Shown here: piece by piece, positions 1 through 10,726 of the stretch
Layout of the letters: each line of letters begins with the position of its first letter
How positions within the stretch are numbered: position 1 is the first letter of the stretch
DNA from: Calcarisporiella thermophila CBS 279.70
Taxonomy: Eukaryota; Fungi; Calcarisporiellomycota
Direction of reading: 5' to 3'
DNA: 54,198 bases
Assembly: GCF_041956535.1 (NCBI RefSeq)
Contig: NW_027192221.1
Span: 203,969-258,166 of the forward strand
Translations under genes and position numbers: made by a program
Notes under the pieces: model-generated
Databases searched by the model: none
What the model was told of the DNA's origin: nothing
Seen by the model: the letters and a program-made list of their open reading frames with translations, nothing else

Positions 1-556
1 CTCCCATATTCATTCATTAAAATTACCTAAGGAACTGGTGATTTCAGACATGGCGAACAATATGTGTGTCAATTAACTTAAAAGGAAGCGAACAAATTAC
101 TGATCAGAGTGAAAAAAAATCGAGACGGGATCTTTCTACAGAGGAACCTTCGATTTTGGTGAAGAGTAATTCCATAGCAATAGCAAGGATTACTTGGGGA
201 TGTTTATGAATCCAGATATTAGAGGTGAAGCTGGGCATGAAGAGCAGTATAGTCCTATTGACACATTCTTGCTACAAAAATTTGCTCATACAATTTGGCG
301 TTGCAAAACACTATATATATAGGTTAGAGTAAAACAAGATCATCGGATGAAAATACTGCTTGTGGATTGATATGGGTCTACTTTATACTTACATTCTCAC
401 ATTCACTATACATTGAACGAGTACTGATACATTTTGCATCCACTGAGGGTTATTTTTTCTTTGCCCGACTTTCCTATAAATATGGGAACTTTTTCTCATG
501 CGCCTCTACCAACTTCAAGACTCAATTTATTCTCTCAGCCCATTGTGTATTAGCGT

Positions 557-1456
557 ATGGTTATCATGATATCTCACGAAATTCCCGGAGAGGTATCCAT
601 TATCGGTCTGGGAGATATGGGAACATCACTTGTCAAGACGCTACTGCGATCAGGATATCGGGTTACAGTCTGGAACCGAACAAGTTCAAAGGCTGAGCCA
701 TTGGTAAGTGAGGGAGCGATCCTGGCTCCTAGCCCTGCCGTCGCAATCAACGCGAGTCCTATCATCATCATTTGTGTCTCTGGATACAAAGCGTCGAATA
801 GCATATTAGAGAGTGAGGAGGTCGTCTCGGTGCTTCCTGGTCGACTGTTGATACAATTAAGCGGTGGTACTCCCCAGGATGCAAGAGAGAGTGAGGCTTG
901 GGCAATAGAACAGAAAGCCGAGTATATCGATGGGGCGATCCTGGCCACTCCTGCTCAAATCGGGATGCCAGAGACCACGATTTTTGTGTCTGGAGCAGAG
1001 CCTAGCTTCCAAAAGAGCCAGTCGCTACTCAAATGTCTTGCTGGAAATCTGCAGTATCTAGGGGTGTCAGTGGGCGCCGCCATCGCTTGGGAGCTCGGGT
1101 TCATGTCCTATTTATGGGGCTCAATGCTGGGCTTCTTCCATGGGGCCCGTATCTTTGAATCGGAGGGTATTCCAGTTGATGCCCTGGGATCCATGATCAT
1201 TAACATTGCCCCGCTCATAGGGGAGATGATCAAACACGAGAGCAGTGTTATCCAAGCAGAGGCGTATGAAACACCTCAGAGTACCCTAAGAGTATCTTCA
1301 CTGTCTGTAGAGTTAATCGTAAAACAAGCTCGAGAAGCAGGAATCAACTCTGATATACCTACATTTGTCCTGAGGCTTTTCAGAAAAGCTTTGGAGGCGG
1401 GATACGGGGAGCTAGAAATTGGTGCACTCATCAAAGTATTGCGTGAGGCCACCTAG
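557..1456 (+). CDS. NAD(P)-dependent oxidoreductase, imine reductase / reductive aminase (beta-hydroxyacid dehydrogenase-like) family; intronless
   Basis: 299-aa ORF with Rossmann motif VSIIGLGDMG, VWNRTSSKA, QLSGGTPQDARE and YIDGAILATPAQIG, followed by a helical C-terminal domain typical of IREDs. A TATAAAT lies at 475-481. Confidence 0.88.
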   Translation: MVIMISHEIPGEVSIIGLGDMGTSLVKTLLRSGYRVTVWNRTSSKAEPLVSEGAILAPSPAVAINASPIIIICVSGYKASNSILESEEVVSVLPGRLLIQLSGGTPQDARESEAWAIEQKAEYIDGAILATPAQIGMPETTIFVSGAEPSFQKSQSLLKCLAGNLQYLGVSVGAAIAWELGFMSYLWGSMLGFFHGARIFESEGIPVDALGSMIINIAPLIGEMIKHESSVIQAEAYETPQSTLRVSSLSVELIVKQAREAGINSDIPTFVLRLFRKALEAGYGELEIGALIKVLREAT

Positions 1457-2385
1457 TGGTTATAATAATATCTGCTGGACTTAATCGCGTTCCCTCAAAA
1501 TGGTTTGGTTTTCTTGATATTAGGTTATAATGGATATTGCTTTTATTGGTGTGATATGTGCTTTTCACTGTTTCATGAATTCTTTATTTTGAGTTAAAAG
1601 CAGCATTTAATTGTGTTTTGAGAGATGAAAAAAATTTAGAGGCGTTGCTTAACTCATATGAGTATATTTCACTTCAACTCTTTCCCGGGATTCTCGTCCC
1701 CAAGCACTTGCTTTATAACTTTGTGTGATTTCCTCACCCTGTTGTTAATTTTGACAGATAAAACGTACCGTTCTAGGCTGAAATGTATTTGCGCCTACAC
1801 TATATTGAAATAAAAAACCTTAGTCATCAATTGAAAAAGCCATTAGCTAAGGCCTTGCCTTCGAATTTGCTTTTCATACTCAGCCACCTAAATTCCCTTA
1901 TTAAGTCGCTAAGAACGTATCGTTGTTGGGGAGGCAGGGTCAAAAATAAGCAATTTGGATAAGCAAGTATCACATCGATAAGAGGTCTTGGTATCGCTTG
2001 GAAGGCCTTTTTCCACTCTAGCAAAGGGAGAGGCACTTCCATAGGACAGGTAATTCCTTTGCTCTGCCAGAAATCTCTGTCTTTTTCATATAATGCAGAG
2101 CCAAGTAGAGACTTGCTCTTTTAATCGTTAGCTATATCTTACTATTATTCGCAGAGTCCATTAGGCGTCGATTTTGAATCTATCGCATGTAGCGCTTAAA
2201 CTGGTTGAACACCGTATTACCCTTGAAGCACCAATGATAATTCAGTAACAATCACTTCCATCAAGTCAATCATATCCTAATTGACACGCTCATTCGAATT
2301 CTCACACTTGGCTCAGCAATTAACTACTTTTGTCCATTTTGGGAAAATTCGCCTAATTTGACAATAGTATAGTAAGACCATAGGA

Positions 2386-2393
2386 TATATAAA
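2386..2393 (+). promoter_or_regulatory. Putative TATA box of the VOC gene
   Basis: TATATAAA about 70 bp upstream of ATG 2461, followed by a pyrimidine-rich leader. Confidence 0.5.
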
Positions 2394-2460
2394 CCCTGGA
2401 ACAAGATAATTTTTCCTCACCTTGCATTTTGTTCCTCTATCGATTTCTGCACTCTTCTCA

Positions 2461-2805
2461 ATGATCGATCACGTTGCTATCAAAGTCTACAATCTCGCTC
2501 TCAGCAAGCAATTCTATGCTCAATTGCTCAAGCCTTTGGGGCATAGCATCACGGTAGATAACGAGATTTATTGTATGTTTGGAAAGGGCGAGTTTGTTCT
2601 TTCCGGAGGAGGGCCTGCTAAATGCCACGTCGCGTTTAGAGCGAACAGTCGTGAGGCCGTTAATGCCTTCCATAAAGCTGGTTTAGAAGCTGGCGGTAAA
2701 GACAACGGCGCGCCTGGAATTCGCTCCGAATATGGCGACACCTATTACGCTGCTTTCCTATATGATCTAGACGGCAATAATATCGAGGCCGCATTTTACG
2801 AGTAG
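2461..2805 (+). CDS. VOC family (glyoxalase/bleomycin resistance/extradiol dioxygenase) protein; intronless, 114 aa
   Basis: MIDHVAIKV...FY...HVAFRA...VNAFHKAGLEAGGKDNGAPGIR.EY...YYAAFLYDLDGNNIEA is the signature of a widespread bacterial-type VOC subfamily. The likely start is ATG 2461 (the ORF track start is TTG). AATAAA lies at 2865-2870. Confidence 0.9.
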   Translation: MIDHVAIKVYNLALSKQFYAQLLKPLGHSITVDNEIYCMFGKGEFVLSGGGPAKCHVAFRANSREAVNAFHKAGLEAGGKDNGAPGIRSEYGDTYYAAFLYDLDGNNIEAAFYE

Positions 2806-3533
2806 TTCTTCCATCTTCAGTTGGTTTGAATCCAAAAATTTGTCCATTGTAAAATTATTCTCTTAATAAATATTGTTCTTTTTCGAATAAAACCTGTTAG
2901 AAAGCGCAATGAGACCTCTTTTCGTCCTCCTCTCCATCTTCATCTCTCTATTGTGTGTTACATTGGATCAAATGGATAGAGAAGTTGATAGCACTTAATT
3001 AGTGAACCCTAAAGTCTCGTTTTATCTTTTATCTTTCATCTTGCTCCCTTTCACACTTCTGCTCCATGAAAGCGAAAGGCTTTTGTTTTTATCCATTAAA
3101 ATATTCGAGCAGAACCAAGGCAATAGAGGCTCGGTTTAGGATAAAATGACGTGTTAGAGCAAGGTTCAATAAGCCCCTATAGACCCGTATGCATTGCCAA
3201 TATTGGATAGCATCCTAGGATGCTAATAGGGTTACACTGTTGCACGGTGTATTCCTTTTCTATTCCCATTTATTAATTCCTCGAATAGCGTTGGGTCTTG
3301 TTTTGTGGCTTTGCTTCGATAGATTTTTCCAAAACCTTTGTTTTGGACATCATCTCGCCTAGTTTTCCCTCATCGAATATTGCCCATGCAATTTTCTTTC
3401 TAAGCTTAGAAAAAAAACACATCATTGCCTATACTATATGAGTTGTTCTATACGCTTAAACCTTTAGATAAGGTGAATAAGAAGAGGGAACACTCTCCGA
3501 ACATCTTCCATCTCATCCACACTTCCATATACT

Positions 3534-6500
3534 ATGGATGAAGATGACTCCCCATCAATTGATTCTGCATCTCCGCTCATCCCTTCCGATTCACTAGAGA
3601 CAGTTTCATCTTTTCTCGAAGGCAATCTTTCACTTCTCCTACACCCTGATTCTCGTGCATACCTCGAGGCCGAGGACGACGATCGGCCACGATCGGCAAC
3701 TCGGCGTAAATCACCCGGCAGAAGAGACACTGATGCTGCGCAAATAATTCCCGAACTAATTGCTACCATTGAGAGAGTCAGTTTGGAACAGAACGAGGCT
3801 AATTTGCCCTTGTCTTCCTCGTCATCCCCGAGCAATATCGTGCCATTGCAGGCTCTCGACTCGCATCCTCAGTCTTCCAGCTCTGATTACTCCGACGAAG
3901 AATCCAAGTTGGATCCGAAGTCTCCCGTGACTAATTATACCTTTAAAAATAGCGGGAGGCGCGGTTTTTTAACACTGGCTGGCATTTGTGGACTGGCGTT
4001 GGTTGCACTTTTAATGGTGTTTGACTCATTTTTGCATTACCACCGCGATGCTTTCGGTTGTGCACCCTCCTATATGCGGCCAAAATACGTTAAACAGATA
4101 GAATTTGATAGTGAGCGGACCCGATTCGCTGGAAAATATGCCCTCTATCTCTATCGAGAAAAAGGCTATGATACTAGCGATGAGGTGAAATATTTTATTA
4201 AGTTTTATTTTTGCTTATTTTGTAACAAATCTCCTTTCTCTCTATAGCCTTCTGGCATACCTGTGTTGTTTATCCCAGGGAATGCTGGTAGCTACAAGCA
4301 GATTCGTTCGATAGCGGCAGAGGCTACGGTGCAGTTTTATGAGACAATTGGTAGGGAAGCAGGTACTATAGAGCGAGGCGTTAGAAATTTAGATTTTTTT
4401 ACTGGTATTTATCTCAATGGTTAACTCTTCTTCATCTTCTATATTCATACTGAAGACTCACTCTCTAAATTTTGTTTCTCTTTAAAAGTGGATTTCAATG
4501 AAGAACTCTCGGCTTTACATGGCCAATCCCTGCTCGAACAGGCAGAGTATCTGAACGATGCCGTGCAGTACATCCTATCTCTTTATCCGCAATCACGTGC
4601 ACGTTCTCCGCTTTTCCCTCCTCAATCTCTACCTGATCCGACCTCTGTCCTCATAATTGGCCATTCCATGGGTGGCATCGTGGCTCGTGCAATGTTCTTG
4701 ATGTCAAATTATCAGCATGGGACGATCAACACTATTTTGACGATGTCAACTCCTCACGTGCTTCCACCTGCAACTTTTGATCAAGCTATTTCAGATATAT
4801 ACCGAGAAATCACTCAATATTGGAGGACGGGGTATGCGACGGGCGCCATGCTGGACGTGGTTCTAGTGAGTGTGGTGGGAGGGAATCTTGATGAAATTGT
4901 TGCATCCGATACCGCAGTCATCGAAGATCTAGTTCCAGCTGAGAACGGTTTTACAGTGTTTACATCTGGGGTACCACGCGTGTGGCTAGGGACGGATCAC
5001 CTCTGTATTTTGTGGTGTAATCAGCTGGTGCGTGTGATAGCGGGAGTTCTATTAGATGTGGTCGATGCACGTAGACAGGAGCAGACTAAACCAGCAAAGG
5101 AGCGTATGCGAGCCTTTCGTAACGGCTTGCTGGATGGACTGGATCTGCGAGCTGAGTCGCCCCAAGCTGACCAAGAGAATTTTATCGATCGGCAGGTAAA
5201 GACACTGTTGGATTTGAATAATATAAAACACACAGAGATTCAACAAGAAGAGCCATTCTCACGGAGCATTGTGAAGCCCTCAGTTGAGAATCCGGCTGAA
5301 GTTGACCTGCTTGCGATCCCAATGGCTGGATTCGACACTTTTACGCTCTTGACAGATCAACCCCTGGGCGGTCGATTCGACGTCCTACTTTGTGAAATGA
5401 TGAGTTCTCAACGAAAGCGGCTGTCTTGTGTGTCTGTTAATTCGTTGGCGGTGGCTGTGCCCGCCTCAACGGTACAGGACGCAACTCCTTTCTCGGGAAG
5501 AGTGTTTACCCTACTTGAGCTCCGTTCTCATGAGTTTGAAAAGTTCAAGTGGATAGCCTGGCTTGATCGGGGTGGATATGGTCCTAGCGGAGGCTTTGTG
5601 TCTGCCGGCTTTTCTGCTTCCATGGGGCGTGATCTCACCCTTACCAATGGGGTTTGGACCGTATTAACGCGTGGGCTTGCTATACACCATTTTAGGAACA
5701 GGCCTGTGCTTTCGGCAGTGATCCACCTCCCTTTCTTTGAAAGTAGCCTGCTGGCATACCACCTCACGCTCCGGCAATTGGGGTGCCCCATATCCAAACA
5801 CGGTGGGGAGTTTTTTCGGCCGTTGGTGCGGCAATCTGTCGCAGGAATGTATGAGGTGAAATGGCACGTCAATGTATCGGATATGGACTTATCTTTTCAT
5901 GGACCCGCCCCTTATGCCACTTCCCGCACGATTAACCGCCTCCCCTCTCCACTGCTCGATCATCGCGGTCTCACGTTGAGATTGTGGACGGATCCTCGTT
6001 GCATTCAGGGAGTGGAACTGGAACTCACCCTGGATGTTTACGGGAGTTGGGGCAAGCTAGTCACACGGTATCGAATGGTGCTAGCCGCTTTTCCAGCTGT
6101 TGTTGTCCTCTTGGGACTTTGGTCGCAAATGCGAATGTGGTGCAAGGGTGAAGCCTACCCACATATGGGAGAGGCCTTTTGTTATATTGCGAAGCGTGTG
6201 CTTCCCATATTACTTATGGGTATTTCGGCACTCGCGGTGTGGCAAACAGTGGAGCCTTCGGCTGTGATCGCCGTGCCGGATATGGACGTCAGTGGAAACA
6301 GGACCCTGAAGATGATGGAGGATTACATCGGGGGTACACGTAAAATGCTAGGATTTGACCTTATCGATGTGTTGATCGGAAATCTGGACCCTTTCTTCTG
6401 GTGGTTACCGGGTTTTTTCCTCGTAATATCGTGCGGTGTCGCAGTGGCAGTCTGGCTGATGGTGGGCGGGTTTGTTAGAGGGGTGGTGCGCATTATTTTG

Positions 6501-7265
6501 ACCTTAGGCAAAATGGATATCGTGCCACTGTGGACGCTCAATCGGTAATTTAAATTTCATTTGGTTAGCAATGGGCCGTCAGCCGGGATCTCATATAAAT
6601 TTTATTTTTGCTCTTTTTTGTTTAGTAGGCAGTTGCAAGAAACACATTTGAGCAGGCTAAGACGGCGGCTTGTCACTACCGTTGTCTTGTTTGTGCTCAT
6701 TGCAACACTAATTCCGCATCAGTTCGCCTTTATCGTGGCTGTTCTGGTAGAGCTTGTGACCTGCGTCCGCGCTGGCGTCTTATCTCACATTGCTAGCGAC
6801 CCGCTTGATCGCTTGAAGCATCGAGACCGTTTTCACTATCTTGAGGGGGTTTTGATATTGCTGGTGACACTTCTTCCGTTTAATCTACCGGTGCTGATGG
6901 TGTGGATCAGAAACTTGTCGGTGAAATGGTTCGTCCCATTTTCTTCGGATCATAATATTGCAGCTGTTGCCCCATTCTTGGTGCATGCAGAGGTGATGGT
7001 TTCGACGGCGTCGCTGGGGCGAGGTCAAGGTGGATTGTTTGAGAAGATGGACTACAAACTTCAGTGGACCATGGATTTTTTCTGGGCTGTGATGGTGTGG
7101 TGTGGCCTAATGTATGGGGTGAGGTATACTTGGTGTCTCAGTTGGGTGGGGGCGACAGCGGTATTGTGGATGTGCTTCCTACATCTAAGAAGCTCGTGGG
7201 TCGTCAAGGCGATCGGAGTTCGGGTAAAAGATATGCTGAAGTTTTGGAGGAAGAAAAGGTCTTGA
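3534..7265 (+). CDS. BST1: GPI inositol-deacylase (PGAP1/Bst1), 4 exons
   Basis: N-terminal TM helix, then C..SYMRPKY. Spliced exon 4248-4404 gives GIPVLFIPGNAGSYKQIRS; also DFNEEL, the lipase motif GHSMGG, DHLCILWCNQL and C-terminal TM helices. GT-AG introns at 4185-4247, 4405-4488 and about 6545-6625. Confidence 0.95.
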
Positions 7266-7748
7266 GACCAGGGGCGTGGTTCTTCATCCCTCTTTACTTA
7301 AATTATATAATGGAAAGATAGAGCTTGTTTTAATATGTAAAATGTTTCGACTATTTCGCTGCTAATTTTAATTCCTTTTTCTCGTTCTTGGCTTTTGTAC
7401 TTGTTTATAGATAGGGTTTTCATTTATGGAACTTTTGATTCTTTTCTTTCTTCAATTATTTCAATTTTTGCTGCTTATATATATATGGTTCTTCTTTCCA
7501 ATTTTCCTGCTCTTTTTTATTTTTTTTCTTATTTTTATTTTTCAACGGTTATCCATTTGTCATTTCCTATCACATTTTGCTTTTTTTTTCTTAAGAGGCG
7601 TGCATAAATGGCAGAAAGGTAGAGGTTCTCTAATATACAAGTTCTATTACAGTCCCTGTTGAAAAGATTCCAATAACAAACAAATCCCCTTTATAACAAG
7701 CAATTTTTTTTGTCACCTATATGCCTGTTAAAAGACAAATATTTTCAA

Positions 7749-10350
7749 TCATGTCCCTATCATGGCCGTATCAAGGCGTAGAGGATCTGTGGCCGAATAT
7801 TCTAAAATTCCCGTTAGCAGGTCAGAGGCCACCACGTCGTCCGATCTTATTGCAAGTGCCGCATGATAGCTTGCGATGGCAGCATCAGTTTCTCCTCGTA
7901 GCTGGTGAAGCATGCCAAGCGCGGCATGAGCAGCGGCATTTTGAGGAGAGATGACGAGCACTCGGGAGAAAAGATCTAATGCAGTGTCAAATTGTCTAAT
8001 GAAACGAGAGAGCATTAATTAGAAACAAGAACGACGAAAACATAAATAGAATGTGATTTCTCATTACTTAAGTTTCCGATAGCAGTGACCCAAATTGTTA
8101 TAGGCCGTTTCTTGCATTTCTGGAAAGGCATAGGTTGCCTCCATGAGTTCGAGAGACTTGCGTAAATGGGTAATGGCCTGTTCATATTCCCCTTTGTTGT
8201 AGTGCAAAACCCCAAGCTCATTTAAAAGCAATGGGTCCAAGTCGCAGATGCGATAGGAGGCAAGGAGGTATTCTTCCGCTTGCGTGATATGAGAGAGATG
8301 AAGATGTTGCATTCCGATAAAAAGGGGAGGGAGATGGGATCTATATTGAAAAATTGGGCACTCTAATAAAACCAGGGATAATCTGGCCAGCTAATAAGGC
8401 CAACATACCCTTGAAATAGGCGTGAGCTTGTCGAATATGCCGAGATTGCTTGGTCATGCTCGCCTTCCATCGCAAAGGAGTGTCCAAAGCCGATCCATGC
8501 TGGGCCATAGCGCATATCCATTGTAGATGCTTTGCTGAAATAACGCCGTGCTTCGGAATTTTTCCCTATCAGGTAATAGTAGACGCCCACGGCGAACCAA
8601 GAGACTGGCAGCGTTGGATGTTTAGCAACGAGCTCGTGAGCTAGGATAAAAAGTTTATTTTTTTTGCGAAGCTCATATAGGCAGGCGATGTAAAGAGGTA
8701 AACTGGGGAGGTCGAAGGGGTCTATCTCAATGATTCTAAAAGAAGGAAAACTCAAATTATTTAGAAAACCAACGAGAGGAAGCTGCCAAGAAGAATAGCA
8801 ATACTTACTTTGAGAGTGTCTCGAAACATTCTTCAAAACGGCATTGAGTGTAACATATGTCAGCGCGGCATAGTAATACTTCTGGATGATTGACGAGGGA
8901 GTATTTTACACCGAGTGTTGATATGGCAGTATCAATATCCTCTAAATCATTGTACTGAAGATATTATAAGTATTCGCTTAATAATGTCTTTAGCGGAGGT
9001 TATTCTTTGAAATTGTAAAGTATACCTTTTTCAATTTCGTCAAGTAGAGCGATTTTACAAATTCAGCGTCCTCATCGAGCTGATCGGCAAATTTTAGTGA
9101 CGCTATTAATGCATGTTCTAATTGGCAAGAGTAAAAAAATACCTGTTTTGTATAAATGTTTTACAACTAATCAATGAAGAGGCTATCACCTTCTTTACTT
9201 GAGAGCATCTGTTGACATATTAATGCATCAAATGCCTAATAGAAACACAACAAAACTATTAGCATTTTTATTTTCAAATAGTGATTACAAGAGACGCATT
9301 GTTTACCTCATAGCATTTAATGTCTATAGCTAGCGCTTCTTTGAAACAACGCTTTGCTCTATCCATATTATTCTGCTTTTGATAAACAAGCCCTCTGTAA
9401 TAGCACATTGAAGCCTCTAGCTAAGAGAGTAGTATTTTTGGTTTATAAAAGTTTCTTTAAAATGTAAGAGCAAAGGTCGTTGTTATTAGTTTTGTTGAAT
9501 TACCTTGACACCGCCATCCACATTTTTGACTTCTGGCAAATCTAAAAAGTTTGAAGGGTTGAAAACTTAGAATTCTATTTGTATTAAGGAGAAATATACG
9601 GCAATTTGCCTTTTCCTTGTGCAAACGGGTTTTCTTTTCCAAGGATATCGAGCGCTTCCTGATATTTTTCTTGTTTTATCTATTCGGATAGAGAAAATAA
9701 GTGAAAAATTATTCCCTATGGAAATAAGAAGTGCATACCATGCATTGAGCCGCCAGTAACCGGCATGCAACGCTATTATCGAGCAAATTCTTCTTAAATA
9801 GAAGTTTTTCCGCGCGCGTATATTGCCCAGTGTGATAATAGACTTGTGCCAACCAGAACACGTCGTTAGGATCACCTTCTGGAAATAAATCGATGCAAAC
9901 AAAGAGTCATTGTTACCGCCACCTAGTCATTCAAGCATGAAACTGCTTACCTGTTAGCGCCACTACTTTATCTCCCCAAAATGCTGCGGTCTCCCACAAA
10001 TGTTGTTGTAACGCGTCGTGCCGCAACATTCTTAATCGATCGACCCTTGTTGGAGGTCTGAAGCTCTGGTTTCCGAGCATCGAAGGGGTGCTCTGGTGAG
10101 CGAGTGCAGGAGAATTGTGGAATGGGTTAATTAATAGCGGGGGGGTTAGTCCAAGCGTCGACGATGCGCCGCTTATGTTTGGGCCCGATTGTGGGGTAAA
10201 ATCAGAGGAATTAGAGAGTTGCAATCGTGGTTCACGAAACTTAGTTGGGGTAGCCATGGGGTTGGTCTGATGCTCATGAGAGGATGTGGCACCTCCTCCT
10301 GCGCCGCGGCGACGCGTGGAACGCGTGGAGCTTGGAATATTTCGTGGCAT
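7749..10350 (-). CDS. CDC16: Anaphase-promoting complex TPR subunit APC6/Cdc16/Cut9, multi-exon
   Basis: LRMLRHDALQQHLWETAAFWGDKV, VSWFAVGVYY...ARRYFSKAS, GPAWIGFGHSFAMEGEHDQAISAYSTSSRLFQG, DPLLLNELGV and NNLGHCYRKL TPR motifs; GT-AG introns. Confidence 0.95.
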
Positions 10351-10726
10351 TAATATGTCAAGAGAGGAGAGGAATAATGAATAAACTAAATTGAATAAAA
10401 CACACTATTATGGAGTGTCAGTAAGACATCCGTTTGGAGGCGGCTACGTCACCTGCATTTTGATTGGTGGAGAGGTGAGTTTTATTATTTCGTTCGAAGT
10501 TTTATTTTTTATACTTCGTGCACATCAAGGTCAAGGATGAAAAGCATCGACATCATCTTGTCGAGAAGCATTTTGAATCTAGCCAATTTTCCTTGCTAAT
10601 TATATCTTCATCATAAAATATAACTCTTTTATTTCTTTTTTGTGTATATTCAGTTACTCGATCCTATTATTTATTTCCTCTCGCACTTAATACTATTTAA
10701 GATATTTCTAATATACACAATCCCAC

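Noticed and set aside
3155-3172. AGAGCAAGGTTCAAT resembling a Harbinger/Tourist TIR
   Set aside because: No matching inverted end or target-site duplication found nearby.
7395-7662. Phe/Ile-rich ORFs resembling membrane peptides (also 15697-15963)
   Set aside because: Translations of T-rich 3' UTR or terminator DNA between convergent genes.
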